Assembly (NCBI RefSeq): GCF_006345805.1
Contig: NC_043008.1
Coordinates: forward strand, 62,124,001 to 62,188,000
Source of the DNA: Octopus sinensis
Taxonomy: Eukaryota
DNA: 64,000 nt
Direction of reading: 5' to 3'
Both the position numbers and the translations under genes were made by a program. Of the stretch, positions 37,414 through 50,626 are shown in pieces. The notes below the pieces were generated by a model that ran no database searches, was not told where the DNA came from, and saw only the letters and a program-made list of their open reading frames with translations. Each line of letters starts with the position of its first letter. Positions within the stretch are counted from its first letter, which is position 1.

Positions 37414-38634
37414 AATTTTCATTTACCAAATCCTACTTACAAGGCATGGGTCAAGTCAAAAGTTGTTTTACAAGACACTTGCTCAGAGTGCCTTACAGTG
37501 GAATAAAACCCTGAGACATATTGTAGTAGAGAGAAAACCTCTTAACCATTCTGCTATGCCTAGGTCATACTGCCATAAGAAATCTGCTTCTAAAGCTGGA
37601 TTGTTAATTTTGCTCACATTTCTTAATTGAGATGAGTGGTATATGAATCCTTGATTGATTCTTCTTAGTTGGTCCTACTTCACTGTATTTAATAAACAGC
37701 CTTTAGAAAGACAAAGCTACAATAAGATCCTAAATCCATTCTCCTGTATCTGCATGACATCATCAGCTTCTAGCATTTACATTGTTTCGATGTCATTGCT
37801 TCACTGCAGTTACTAATAACCTATGGAAGGACAAAGGCGTAACAAGTTCTCAAATCAACTCTCTCTCTCCCTCACACACCTTCGTTTATCATCACAACTT
37901 CATGACTTATTACAAAATCATTATTATCACATGCTCTACTGATCCTTTACGAAAATGTTATTAGTTAACGAAGATATTCATAACTTATGTATAAGTATTG
38001 ATTAGTTGGTATTCCCACTAATCTATAATTGTTACTAAGTGTGTCTATTCAAAGTTGAAGACTGTGTAAGATTTATTCGCAAGTGTGAGCTTTTGCTATA
38101 CAGCCTGTAAATTTATAATGTGTTACGTGGGCAAATATTTGCTCAACAGCATTGATTGAAATGTTTTACTTTATGTCTGGACAGTAACTGCACTTTGCTT
38201 TCAGCCAAAACGACAACGAAGCAGCCTCAACATGTTGTCTAGACATGCTAGAATTAACAGACAAATTTCTCTGAAATTACACGATTTTTACCTAATTCTT
38301 TCAACAACAACCCTCCTGCGATTGCCCTTGGTGCTTTGACACAGACTTCCTGTTTAAGATGAATTAAATTAAAATTTTCTTCCAAAATTTTATATTAATT
38401 TATGCTTCAAAATCCATTTTAATAATGATAAAGATTTTACATTAAAATTCTTTATTTCTTCCAAATTTCATTAAAACAAAGACAGTGTATTTTAAGAGAA
38501 ATGCGGTAGCAAAAGGGTTAAAAAAATGATGAACACATTTGGTAGAGTTATTGTTGTTATTGTTCTTGTTACTGTTGTTGTTGTTGTAGCTGTTTTTGTC
38601 ATTGCTGCTGTTTATATTGCTCCAGGTCAATCCT

Positions 38635-38952
38635 TCTTTCTTTCTTTCTCACCCTTTTCAGCCCTAGCCAGGCTCATGGGCCAGTTTCCCAGTTTCTGTG
38701 GCGTATGTGTTCCCCACAGCTGGACAGGACACCAGTCCATCGCAATGTTACTCAAGAAACAGGAAGAGAGAGAGTGAGAGAAAGTTGTGGCGAAAGAGTA
38801 CAACAGGGATTGCCACCACCCTCTGCCGGAGCCTCGTGGAGCTTTTAGGTGTTTTCGCTCAATAAACACACACAACGCCCAATCTGGGACTCGAAACTGC
38901 GGTCCTCAGGCTGCAAGTCTGCTGCCTTAACCATTGGGCCATTGTGCCTCCA
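38635..38952 (-). mobile_element. SINE family D, variant D2, 13-bp TSD ccaggt(c/g)aatcct
   Basis: TSD at 38622-38634 and 38953-38965; (CTTT)n tail. Confidence 0.85.
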
Positions 38953-39325
38953 CCAGGTGAATCCTGCTTGAATATAACTGTGGTTATCTTGTCTGTTTTG
39001 GTGTGGAGGAGGTCCCCACAATTTCCATATTTAAGGTGTTTCCTTTCGTTTCATAAGATGGTGATGTGTGATTTATTAGGATCTGACTGCTATTTTTAGC
39101 ATGTTGAGGGACAACATGTCAGCCACCGCATTTGTTGTATACCTAAATGATGGTATGTTTATGACTGAAAAACTTTGGATTATACTTCGGTTTGAGAAAG
39201 ATTGACACAGAGTTAACTGAAAACAACAGCAACAACACCAACAATAACAATGATAACAACAACAAGAAAAATAATGATGGCCACTAAAACAACAACAACA
39301 ATAACAACTGACCGTATTCAAGCAT

Positions 39326-39754
39326 AGGCGTAGGAGTGGCTGTGTGGTAAATAGCTTCTTTACCAACCACATGGTTCCTGGTTCAGTCCCACTGCGTGGC
39401 ACCTTGGGCAAGTGTCTTCTACTATGACCACGGGCTGACCAAAGCCTTGTGAGTGGATTTGGTAGACAGTAACTGAAAGAAGCCCATCATATAGATGTAT
39501 ATATATATATGTGTGTGTATATGTTTGTGTGCTGGAGCACTGCCTTTAGTTGAGCAAATCGACCCCAGGACTTAATCTTTGTAAGCCTAGTACTTATTCT
39601 ATCGATCACTTATGCCGAACTGCTAAGTTACAGGGACATAAACACCAGCATTGGTTGTCAAGCAAAGTTGGGGGGACAAACACAGACACACAAACATATA
39701 CACACATATATACATACATACATACATATACACATACATACATACATACATACA

Positions 39755-39790
<36 letters not shown>

Positions 39791-39961
39791 TATACATATA
39801 TACAACAGGCTTCTTTCAGTTTCCATCTACCAAATCCACTCACAAGGCTTTGGTCAGCCCGCGGCTATAGTAGAATACACTTGCCCAAGGTACCACGCAG
39901 TGGGACTGAACCCAGAACCATGTGGTCAATAAACAAGCTACTTAACACACAGCCACTCCTG
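39326..39961. mobile_element. Inverted pair of SINE B copies fused at 39530/39531 (+ 5' half, then a - copy missing its tail tip)
   Basis: The orientation switches at …atgtttgtgt|gctggagcac…. Confidence 0.85.
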
Positions 39962-40381
39962 AATCTGTGAAAGACTTCTTACATCCAGACCTCCCTAGAC
40001 AACCAGAATAAGGTTTTGGTAAGAGAATTAGTAATGTTAGAATGAAAAGCCTTAATAGCTTGTTGGCTTGATGAATTAATGTTGACTTCCTAATGCATTC
40101 ATCTGCCCTTGGAAATAAGTATTTTTGTTCTACCTACCAAGTTGAGACCCAGGAGGAGCAATCTGGTAGTCACTGAAGAATCAGCTTCAAAACAGGTTGT
40201 ACTAGTTTAAATAATTACTGGTTACTGCTAGTAGATTATTTTGATCTGACCTGACATAATATCATTAACCCTTCAACAGCAAAATCAAGTTTCATGGATA
40301 TTCTTGTAATGATGTTAAATATGTACCCAAAAAATAGAATTGATATTTTCTGAAAGTCACTTTGCCTCGACAAACTTGACA

Positions 40382-40702
40382 CATCATCATCATTATCATC
40401 ATTTAACGTCCGTTTTCCATGCTAGCATAGGTTGGATGGTTTGACCGGAGACTGGGAAGCCAGGAGGCTGCACCAGGCTCCAGTCTGATCTGGCAGTGTT
40501 TCTACAGCTGGATGCCATTCTTAATGCCAACCACTCCGTGAGTGTAGCGGATGCTTTTTACATGCCACTGGCATGGAAGCCAGTCAAGGCGGAGCAGGCA
40601 TCCGCCACGTTCAGATGGTGCTTTTTACGTCCCACCAGCACAGGTATCACAACTACAATTTCCATTTGATTTTTTATTTTGATGTTGATGTACTTGACTC
40701 AA
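40382..40702 (-). mobile_element. Family C RTE 3' end
   Basis: Close match to 15870-16265. Confidence 0.9.
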
Positions 40703-41182
40703 TGTACTAAAATATAGTTTCAACAAGAAAACGTAGATAGGTATATACAACTACTTTCAGAAGTTGAGGGTAATGAAATTTTGGATGTACATATTTGATT
40801 TCTACAGTAAAAATGTTAAAACAATAGAATAATAAATTCTTAAAGGAACTGCCAGAATTTCATGATTTTGTAAATATGTTTTTGTTTCTGTCTTTGCCTA
40901 TCACAATGTTAAATTAAAATTACTATTCAATACACGTTCTTTTATCATGCCATGCTTTGAAAATATCAATGTTAAGTTCCTATTCTAAATGCCAAAAGCT
41001 CAAATCAGCAAGGGAGCAATTATATAAAGGTGATAAATATAGCAACTAAACCTTTCTCGTAAATATCACCCCTGGTATCTCAAAGAAAGTGAGAGTTCCA
41101 TTGGATTGTGCACGCAGTTCCTGATATACAAAGAATTTGGTTCATTACAAGTGCACTGGTTACTGACAATGGTGTCTACTGG

Positions 41183-41713
41183 ATTAGGATTGACTGAGGA
41201 TTAAGCAAACCCAACAAAAGTAACAACAACCTTCCAGAACACGATGTAACAGTTATCTTTCATGCAACTCTGAAAAGCCAATGGTTTGCTTATTATGCCC
41301 CCTTTGTTTGGAAAGACAAACAGAGAATGATTGTAATATGGGAGGGAAGACAACCACTGTTTCCCACTGGATGTGTAATGTCAATGTGCATGAAATAAGT
41401 GGTACAAATGACTTTTGAGAGAAACGTATGCAGATCTGTCACAACTATTTCTTTCTTTCCTTTGCCATAGATATATGGAAAAATAGGTAAACAGATAGAT
41501 AGACAAACAGACAGATATATATATATCTAGCATGGGAAACAGACGTTAAATGATGATGATATATAAATATATTAGGATTGACTGAGGATTAAGCAAACCC
41601 AACAAAAGTAACAACAACCTTCCAGAACACGATGTAACAGTTATCTTTCATGCAACTCTGAAAAGCCAATGGTTTGCTTATTATGCCCCCTTTGTTTGGA
41701 AAGACAGAGAATG
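41183..41713. repeat. Local direct duplication: 41183-41318 identical to 41571-41706 (136 bp)
   Basis: Base-by-base comparison. Similarity continues about 7 bp past a 4-bp indel. Confidence 0.95.
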
Positions 41714-41880
41714 TTTGTTTTGCAAAATAGTGGTTTTGTCTCTAATAATATTTTATATATATATATAATATATATATATATATATGTCCATAGTTTTTTT
41801 GATGTCCTGTACCCATATATTCATGTATATATACATATATATGTAGGTATGTATATATATGCATATATTTATATATTATT

Positions 41881-41941
<61 letters not shown>

Positions 41942-43104
41942 TAAAAAGACAGACAAATAGACAGACAGATGGATGGACAGACTGACAGACTGACAGACGG
42001 ATGTGTGGATGGATGGATGGATGGATGGATGGACGGATGGATGGACAGACGGATATGAGGATAAATAAGTTAGTGCTTTTGCTGTTGCTTCAGCTGTAAA
42101 ATATCATACCCTGCAGCACCTTTTATCACATAGGTGGAGTGTAAGACCAATATCTAAATATTTTGGTTACGATCATCTTTCAACATTCTTAATGTGATTT
42201 GAGCATGCAAACAGCCATTCTCACATTGGGTATCCTGTAGTTGATCAACTTTAACTGTCTTCATGTAGAATATCACATAATATTCATGAATTTCATCATC
42301 TTCTTTTTTTTATGTTCATGAATATTCTCTATAAATTTACGACTAACATGGGTTAGATTGTTCTTCAAATACATCTAATTGCAAATGAATTGCTGTGGCA
42401 GGAAAATTTCTCTATCTGTATATAGCATAAATATATTTCATTATTTATATTTTGAATTTAATAGTTCCAAAGATTTATGTATTGCAAAATTAAGAATAAA
42501 TAGATAATTCGTAAAAATATAATTTAAAATTATAAGCAGATTCATAAATTATAATTGATATCCATGCAACATTTATATATAAAAATGAAAATATACCAGA
42601 TTCCTGTATGTGTGTATGTATGTGCTTGTGTGTGTGTCTTTGTCTATGTTTATTCATAATATTCAATCTATTTCATTTATCTTCCACTATTATAAATGAT
42701 ATTTAATAAAATTTGTTTACATTGTGATGATTTATCAAAATACACCAACCAGCTATATTTGTATTTTCTCTTTTCAAGATACTACAACACAGAGTCATGT
42801 AATAACTTTTATGATTATTAAATTTTAAATTATTGAAAAAAAACAAAAAAAACAAAAACAAAAACAAACAAAAAACCGAAAAGCTAAAATAACAAAAACA
42901 TAGATTAATGAAATATATTAATGTTTTATATTAATAACTGTATTAATTGTACTAAATATCTACGATGTAGCTATGTAGGTTGGTAATTTGGTTTGATATC
43001 CCAACGATTACACAACTAAGAAAGTCACGAAAATACATATAATTTACATACCTAAACAATGTATTTTGCAATAGCTGTCTGCTTTGTTATTAAATTATCA
43101 CCAT

Positions 43105-43416
43105 CATCACCATCACCATTAGCATCAGCACCATCATCTTCATCATCATCATCACCATCGCCATAATCACCATTGCCATCATCACCATCACCATCACCAT
43201 CACCATTAGCATCATCATCATCATCATCATCATCACCATTGCCATAATCACCATTGCCATCATCACCATCGCCATCATCATCATCATCATCACCATCGCC
43301 ATAAACACCATTGCCATCATCACCATCGCCATCGCCATCGCCATCATCATCATCTTTGTTGTTGTCATCAACATCATCATCACCACCATCATCATCATCA
43401 TCATCATCATCACCAC

Positions 43417-43453
<37 letters not shown>

Positions 43454-43720
43454 GTTGTCGTCATCATCATCATCTGTGTTGTTGTCATCAACATGATTGG
43501 TGACGTCAGTGTCATCGTTATCACCATTATCATCATCAACAATCACAATCACTGTTGTCATCATTGTCCATGACATCACTGTTGTCATCAGCAGGCTTGT
43601 CATTATTGTCATTAACCTCAGTATCGTTGTCCTAGTGATTGTTGGTATCTTCGTCGTCAGCATCATCATCATCAATATCATTGTCATCATCACCATCATC
43701 GTCATCATCTTCAATATTAT
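43105..43720. repeat. Long degenerate (CAT/CAC/CGT)n trinucleotide tract
   Basis: Direct inspection. It is the source of the poly-D and poly-M ORFs. Confidence 0.95.
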
Positions 43721-43732
43721 CAGTACAAGTGC

Positions 43733-44272
43733 AGCTAGCTGGCAGAATCGTTAGCACACTGGAAAGAATGAATGACCAGTGGCATTTTCTTCTGTCTTTA
43801 CATTCTGAGTTCAAACTCCACCAAGGGTGACTTTAGCTTTTATCATTAAGGGTCTGATAAAATAAGAACCTACTGAGCACTGGGGTAACTTGGTTCCGGG
43901 TTCATTCACACTGTGTGGCACCTTGGACAAGTGTCTTCTACTATAGCCTCGAGTCGACCAAAGCCTTGTGAGTGGATTTGGTAGATGGAAACTGAAAGAA
44001 GCCCGTCCATATATGTGTGTGTATGTGTATTTATGTATGTAAGTGTGTGTATATGTTTGTGTGTCTGTGTTTGTCCCCCAGCATCGCTTGACAACTGATG
44101 CTGGTGTGTTTACGTCCCTGTAACTTAGCAGTTTGGCAAAAGAGTTGGATAGAATAAGTACTAGGCTTACAAAGAATAAGTCCTGGGGTCGATTTGGTCG
44201 ACTGATAAGGTGTTGCTCCAGCATGGCCACAGTCAAATGAATGAAACAAGTAAAAGAGTAAACAGTAAGAGT
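43733..44272 (+). mobile_element. Degenerate SINE A (43733-43880) fused to a 5'-clipped SINE B (43884-44272)
   Basis: Family motifs in succession. Confidence 0.8.
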
Positions 44273-45322
44273 AAGAGACATCATGAAAGTTCCTATTATC
44301 AGGATATAAATATTAATAGATTTAGAGATATTGTTACAAAGAGAGTGATGTCAGCTTAAACTTGTTGAAAATATATATATGTATATCTCTATTTGTGTTT
44401 GTCTTTGTGTCTGTATTTGCCTCCGATCACCACTTGACAACATTTTAAAAAACTATTGGCATCCTCATAACTTAAATCTATAGAATAAGTACACGGGGTC
44501 AATTTGTTCAACTAAAAACCCTACAAGGTGGTGCCCCAGCATGGCTGCTGTTAAATAATTAAAACAAGTAAAAGATAAACGATAAAGTTCCACAAAGCTA
44601 CTAACTCTTGAATGCAATGCTCCAGTATGGCCACAATTGAATGACTAAAACCAATGACAGAATAAATGAATACAGGAATATTTAAGACTTCATTACCCAG
44701 AATTCTTCCACCTCTTCTTTGCTTCTTAAGAAACAGATTTCTATGACCTAAGGGAGATTTGGCTGCTATTTCCAAATAGCTGAGTAACCACACAGGGACT
44801 CCTTTTTTAGAACAAAAAATAGTTGTTGACGTAGAAACCATTCTAAGTACTAAGATATTGTAATAATAAACTAGTATACGGCTGTTCGTATTGTATATTA
44901 CAGAATATAAAAATATCTATTCATTACTTCAGAAAACCTTTTATTTACTACCAAGAGGAAAGTAAATGGTATTTTCACCATCTTTATTTTGTATTAATTA
45001 TTATTCTTTTTTACCTTTCTTCTGACAAGAATTTCTTGAGCTGAAATAATCTTTAATCTTCCCCAATATCTAATTTTGTTTCTCTAGTCTTATTTTAGTC
45101 ATTGCCATTCCTACTGTTTTGTTTATCTTCTGCTGATAACCAATTTTGTCAATGCATTCCTCATTTTGTAAGTAAATATATTTTTTTTAATGCTATGTCA
45201 GCATTTCTTTAAATGTGTCTGCCAGTCATAATATTTCTGATAAGCTTCTGCATCCTTCAAATAACACCTCTCTCCAATGCCTAGCTATCTTACAGTTACA
45301 CATACACACACGTTTGTATATA

Positions 45323-45358
<36 letters not shown>

Positions 45359-45395
45359 TATATATATATAATATATATATATATATGTATGTATG

Positions 45396-45459
<64 letters not shown>

Positions 45460-45714
45460 GTATGTATGTATATATATATGTATATATATATGTATATAGT
45501 AAGAAGAAATAGTGTACAATCTTTGTTTCATTGCTGTTATGATACATACATACACACACATAAGCATATATCACCTTCATCATCAGTAGCAGCATCATTC
45601 ATCATTGTCACCATATTCTTCATCATTTCCTATGCTGGTATGGTTGAATGGTTCTGCAAGTTCCAATGACTCTGAGAGCCATGGCTTTTATAGCTGATTG
45701 CTCTTTCTAACTCC

Positions 45715-46140
45715 ATCTGTGGAAGGAGTAGATCCAGGATGATGTGGGACAAAATGGTGAGAAAGGATCTTCGGATGCTGGGCCTCACTTAGGAAATGAC
45801 AAGGGACCGGGGGATGTGGTGATTTTCTGTTCTTGCTAAGGCATTTCAAGCTAAGTAGAATCCCTGTGTTCCACATATACAGGTTTGTCCTTCAAGGTGC
45901 GAGTGCCACTTAAAGAGCACCCATACTGGTGTGGCATTAGTGTTCTCATTGCGGCTGCTGCATAAACACACCTGTGATGGTGGCATGTAAAAAGCACACA
46001 GCACACTCTGTTAAGTGGTTGGCATTAGGAAGGGCTTTCTGGCATAGAAATCATGCTTCAACAGACAATTAGAGTCTGGATAGCTCTCTTACTAGCAAGC
46101 TCCATGTCAAACCTTTAGACATATTCCAGCATAGAGACCA
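45715..46140 (+). mobile_element. RTE LINE remnant: C-terminal ORF scrap plus degenerate family C 3' UTR
   Basis: GRSRSRMMWDKMVRKDLRMLGLT*EMTRDRGMW (RTE GRPRKTW…V.KDL…..DR..W motif), followed by ggtggcatgtaaaaagcac…ttaggaaggg. Confidence 0.75.
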
Positions 46141-46378
46141 GATGTTTCTCTTTTACTCTTTACTGTTTTACTTGTTTCAGTCATTTGACTGTGGTCATGC
46201 TGGAGCACTGCCTTTAGTTGAGCACATCGACTGCAGGACTTATTCTTTGTAAGCCTTGTACTTATTCTATCGGTTTCTTTTGCTGAACTGCTAAATTACA
46301 GGGACGTAAACACACCAGCATTGGTTGTCAAGCGATGTTGGGAGCACAAACACAGACACACGAACATATACACACACT

Positions 46379-46422
<44 letters not shown>

Positions 46423-47005
46423 TACATAAATACATACATAAGCATATACTCACAAATTTGTGAATTTGTGCATAAAAGCAAGTGCGTGCCAATGAAATAA
46501 TTATTAGTAAAATACAGTGGTGAAGTGTAAAGTAATAAACACTAATATATGCGAATATACACACACACATATAAAGGAAGATGTGTGCATGTGCATGTAT
46601 GCATCTTTTAGTGTCTGTCTGTCCCTCACTAATGCTTGACAACTGGTGTTGGTGTGTTTACATTCCTGAAATTTAGTGAATCAGCAAAGGAAACTGATAC
46701 AAACCATGCTTAATAAAATAAAATAAGTTTTGGGGCCGATTCATTTAACTAAAAATTCTCCAAGGTAGTCCCCCAGCATGGTTGCAGTCTAATGACTGAA
46801 ACTGAAAAAAAAAGGTAAGAAAGATTTATATTTATGTATAAGTATATGTCCAACCCATGCTAGCATGGAATGCAGACATTAAACGATGATGATGGTGATG
46901 ATATAAACAGACACATATATGTATTCATGGAATTGTAAGTAATTATTTCTCATTATCACAAGAGAATTTTCAAACCAGCTTTTATTTGTTAACTATTGTA
47001 AATAA

Positions 47006-47386
47006 GTGGAGGCGCAATGGCCCAGTGGTTAGGGCAGCGGACTCGCAGTCGGAGGATCCCGGTTTCGATTCCCAGACCGGGCATTGTGAGTGTTTATTGA
47101 GCGAAAACACCTAAAGCTCCACGAGGCTCCGGCAGGGGGTGGTGGTGAACCCTGCTGTACTCTTTCACCACAACTTTCTCTCGCTCTTACTTCCTGTTTC
47201 TGTTGTACCTGTATTTCAAAGGGCCGGCCTTGTCACTCTCTGTGTCACGCTGAATATCCCCGAGAACTACGTTAAGGGTACACGTGTCTGTGGAGTGCTC
47301 AGCCACTCGCACGTTAATATCACGAGCAAGCTGTTCCGTTGATCGTATCAGCTGGGACCCTCATCGTCGAAACCGACGGAGTGCTC
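47006..47386 (+). mobile_element. SINE family D, variant D1, intact, with a perfect 13-bp TSD ctattgtaaataa
   Basis: TSD at 46993-47005 and 47387-47399. A-box tggcccagtgg, B-box-like gtttcgattcc, CpG-rich. Confidence 0.92.
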
Positions 47387-47479
47387 CTATTGTAAATAAA
47401 GGAAGTAATCAGTTGGAGACAGAACTGTATAGAGAGATCATCACCAGAGAAAGAAACAGTGATTCTAAACTATTGGTAT

Positions 47480-47524
<45 letters not shown>

Positions 47525-47585
47525 TAGTAGTAGTAGTAGTAGTAGTAATGGTGGTGGTGGTGTGGTGGTGGTGGTGGTGGTGGTG

Positions 47586-47627
<42 letters not shown>

Positions 47628-47628
47628 A
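47480..47628. repeat. (TAG)n-(TGG)n-(TAG)n compound microsatellite
   Basis: Direct inspection. Confidence 0.95.
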
Positions 47629-48006
47629 GGGAAGCAGGGAGAGGAGAGGAATGAATAAATGCTTATTCTGGGCTGTCATATTCTCTGATTAATGAGACTG
47701 GTCATTCAACCTTTAGAAACTTTCTAATTTGGCAGATCGTCAGGTGTTCAACACATATAGACAGATGTACATTCAATGAAGTACACACTTGCATGATATA
47801 GATATGCAGTCACACACTATATATATAGCCAACACACAAGGGTATTACACAGCAACACAAATGTAAGAACAACCACTTTTTTTATAAACCTTTCTCAGAT
47901 ATGATTAGTTGCTCAAACACACATGCACACACCCCAGCATCTGCCACACGCATATATATATATATGTATGTGTATATATATATATATACATATATGTGTG
48001 TGTGTA

Positions 48007-48038
<32 letters not shown>

Positions 48039-48069
48039 CACACATATATATATACAGAAATTAATATAT

Positions 48070-48113
<44 letters not shown>

Positions 48114-48237
48114 CACACACACACACACACCCATATATATAAATAATATAAATAAAGATAAAGTCATTATTTAAATACCAATCTTATCAGGTGGCCAGCA
48201 TGGGAATAAAAACCTTCAAAGGTATTAATTATTATTC

Positions 48238-48277
<40 letters not shown>

Positions 48278-48329
48278 TGCATATGTGCATATGTATGTAT
48301 GTGTGTGCACTTGCATATATACACACTAG

Positions 48330-48362
<33 letters not shown>

Positions 48363-48365
48363 CTA

Positions 48366-48402
<37 letters not shown>

Positions 48403-48404
<2 letters not shown>

Positions 48405-48780
48405 TAGCAGTATCGCCCGGCGTTGCTCAGGTTTGTAAGGGAAATAACTATAAAGCATTTTTAGAGAGTTGTAGCCAAAAAATAGCAAAAAAATGGAAAA
48501 AAATGATGGTAAATTTTTTTTTTAGTTAAAAAGGTGGAGTTGCGTCCCCTAGACAGTTTGCGGTTTGTGTTTCTGATTCTCGACCCCATGTCGAATTTAT
48601 CGATTTTTTTCAGAACTGGGGGAACTTTTCAAAATTTTCGGTGCGTTAGTTTTGAATTATGACATTGGTCTATGTGTGTGTCAAGTTTCATCAGAATCGG
48701 TTGAAAGCCGTGGTCAGGGTGAGGGTACAAGCAAACAGACACACAGAAACATGCACAGACAAACTGCCGTTTATATATAT
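48403..48780 (+). mobile_element. DINE-1/HINE-like non-autonomous Helentron-type element embedded in (TA)n
   Basis: Starts actagcagtatcgcccggcgttgctc and carries caagtttcatcagaatcggttgaaagccg plus an acagac(ac)n…gccgtttatatatat end. This architecture is typical of DINE-like rolling-circle elements, assigned from memory. Confidence 0.55.
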
Positions 48781-50005
48781 ATATATAATATATATATATA
48801 TATATACATATATGTAAAAAAAATACAAACTGGGACAAGAACGCAAAACATTTAGAAGACGATACAAAAAACACGGACGGGACATTCAAAGCCTTCAGTC
48901 TTCAGTCAAGAACCAGATCATCCTTGCAATTTCGGCTGATTAATCTTGAGATTGCTCCAATCTGGCCAGCTTAATTATATACATTACATATACATATAAT
49001 AGATAGATAGATAGATTTCCAAATATATAGATATAGGCCTGGAATGTCAATTGCAAATCAATCTTGTCAATATATATATGTGTGTGTGTGTGTGTGCATG
49101 TGTGTTTGTTATGTATGTTTATATGTGTCTATGTGTGTGTATATGTATATATGTGTGTATGTATGTACGTGTGCATGTATGTATGTTCATATGTATGTAT
49201 AAATATACATTTTCAAGATACGCATAGTCATGTTTTGGTCCTCACATACATATAATTATATACATATAGTTATATTCATAGAAATTATATTATGATAGCT
49301 AATCCTCAGAGATATGAGAACATTGAGAAAGAACATGTTTTACAACCCAAGGTAAATTTAAAACAGCAGATATTTTATTACCTTCAGCATCTTAAATCAA
49401 ATTCTTCATTATTAAAAAATATGCAGAGAACATCAGAACATCATTCCTCAAAGAATTTTCAAAAGATTTCAATGAGATTTGACATTTAACTGATCAAAAA
49501 TAGTGTTGATGTTGCTATTAACGCTGACAAGTTGTTGAACAGAAGATGAATGGATATAAAGATTTTGACAATAAATTATGGATATAAAGATTTTGACAAT
49601 AAATTATGGACAAAGAGATATTGTTTACATTTCATTGTTGTACAGAGAGGTGTTTATTTGCGGCTCTTTACATTCTAAGTTCAAATAAATGCTCAGAGCT
49701 ACTTTGTCTTAAATCATTCCGGTGGTCGATAAATCCAAGTACAGAAGTTGATTCAACTGACCATATCTCTCCCCAGAAATAAGTGGCTTTTTGCTAATGT
49801 GAAGAAATTAATATTTCAAAGCAAAAAGAATTATAATTTTTTCTAGTACAAGGCTTGAAAATTTATGGGAGGAAGATAGTTGATTAGATCAGCCCCAGTG
49901 CATGCTGGGTACTTATTTTTATTAACCCCCGCAAAAGGATGAAAGGTAAACCTGATCTCTGTGGAATTTGAATTATTTGGTCATTAGATAAACACTTTTG
50001 ATGTA

Positions 50006-50188
50006 CTGTTGTGTCTGGGGAGAGTCATTTTCTTTTTGTGCCTTATAATGTAACAAGACTATTGAAAATGTTGCAAGAGGCAATGAAAATTTTAGGAAAA
50101 TAAAAATAAGAAATAAGTGGAAATTTTATCGACGAGTGTGTTACATTATAAGGCACAAAAAGAAAATGACTCTCCCCAGACACAACAG
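50006..50188. mobile_element. MITE, 183 bp, with perfect 50-bp TIRs
   Basis: CTGTTGTGTCTGGGGAGAGTCATTTTCTTTTTGTGCCTTATAATGTAACA and its exact reverse complement. TA on the left flank, AA on the right. Confidence 0.9.
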
Positions 50189-50410
50189 AATATGCTTCAA
50201 CACACGAACTCAAATAAAGAATCTTGCAAACCAAATCCAAAATCGAAATACTTTTAATGTATTTGTTCCAGATATTGAGGTACTGAGTTCAAACCTTGCT
50301 ATGATCTACTTTGCATTTCTCACAGTCTTTTCACGAGTTAGTCATAATCTCTTGTAAAGGCACTCCTCATAATTTGCAAAACTGTCGGATGCTACATATA
50401 TATAAATGTA

Positions 50411-50454
<44 letters not shown>

Positions 50455-50455
<1 letters not shown>

Positions 50456-50586
50456 CCTTTCTAATATAAGCACAAGGACTGCAATTTTGGAGGAGGGGAC
50501 TAGTGAATTACATCAACCCCAATGTTTCACTGGCACTTAATTTATCGAGGAGCCCAAAATGGTGAAAGACAAAGTTAGCTTCAGTG

Positions 50587-50626
<40 letters not shown>

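Noticed and set aside
37770-40171. Two more minus-strand exon-like pieces (TTRLLLLGLNL at about 40137-40171; VISNCSEAMTSKQ at about 37770-37810)
   Set aside because: The splice sites are plausible, but the peptides give no recognisable motif and compete with the 34386 start. They cannot be placed without transcripts.
42140-42400. Minus-strand frame KKEDDEIHEYYVIFYMKTVKVDQLQDTQCENGCLHAQ…
   Set aside because: It needs a frameshift in an A8 run, has no usable acceptor in frame, and resembles no family I know.
47006-47080. tRNA gene call for the SINE heads (also 59444-59515)
   Set aside because: A and B boxes are present, but there is no closable acceptor stem or Pol III terminator and the sequence continues into a SINE body.
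48815-48970. Possible Penelope-type terminal repeat or hammerhead (CGAAA and CTGAAGA motifs on the minus strand)
   Set aside because: The core motifs are in an order and spacing that do not close stems I-III, so a ribozyme cannot be supported.
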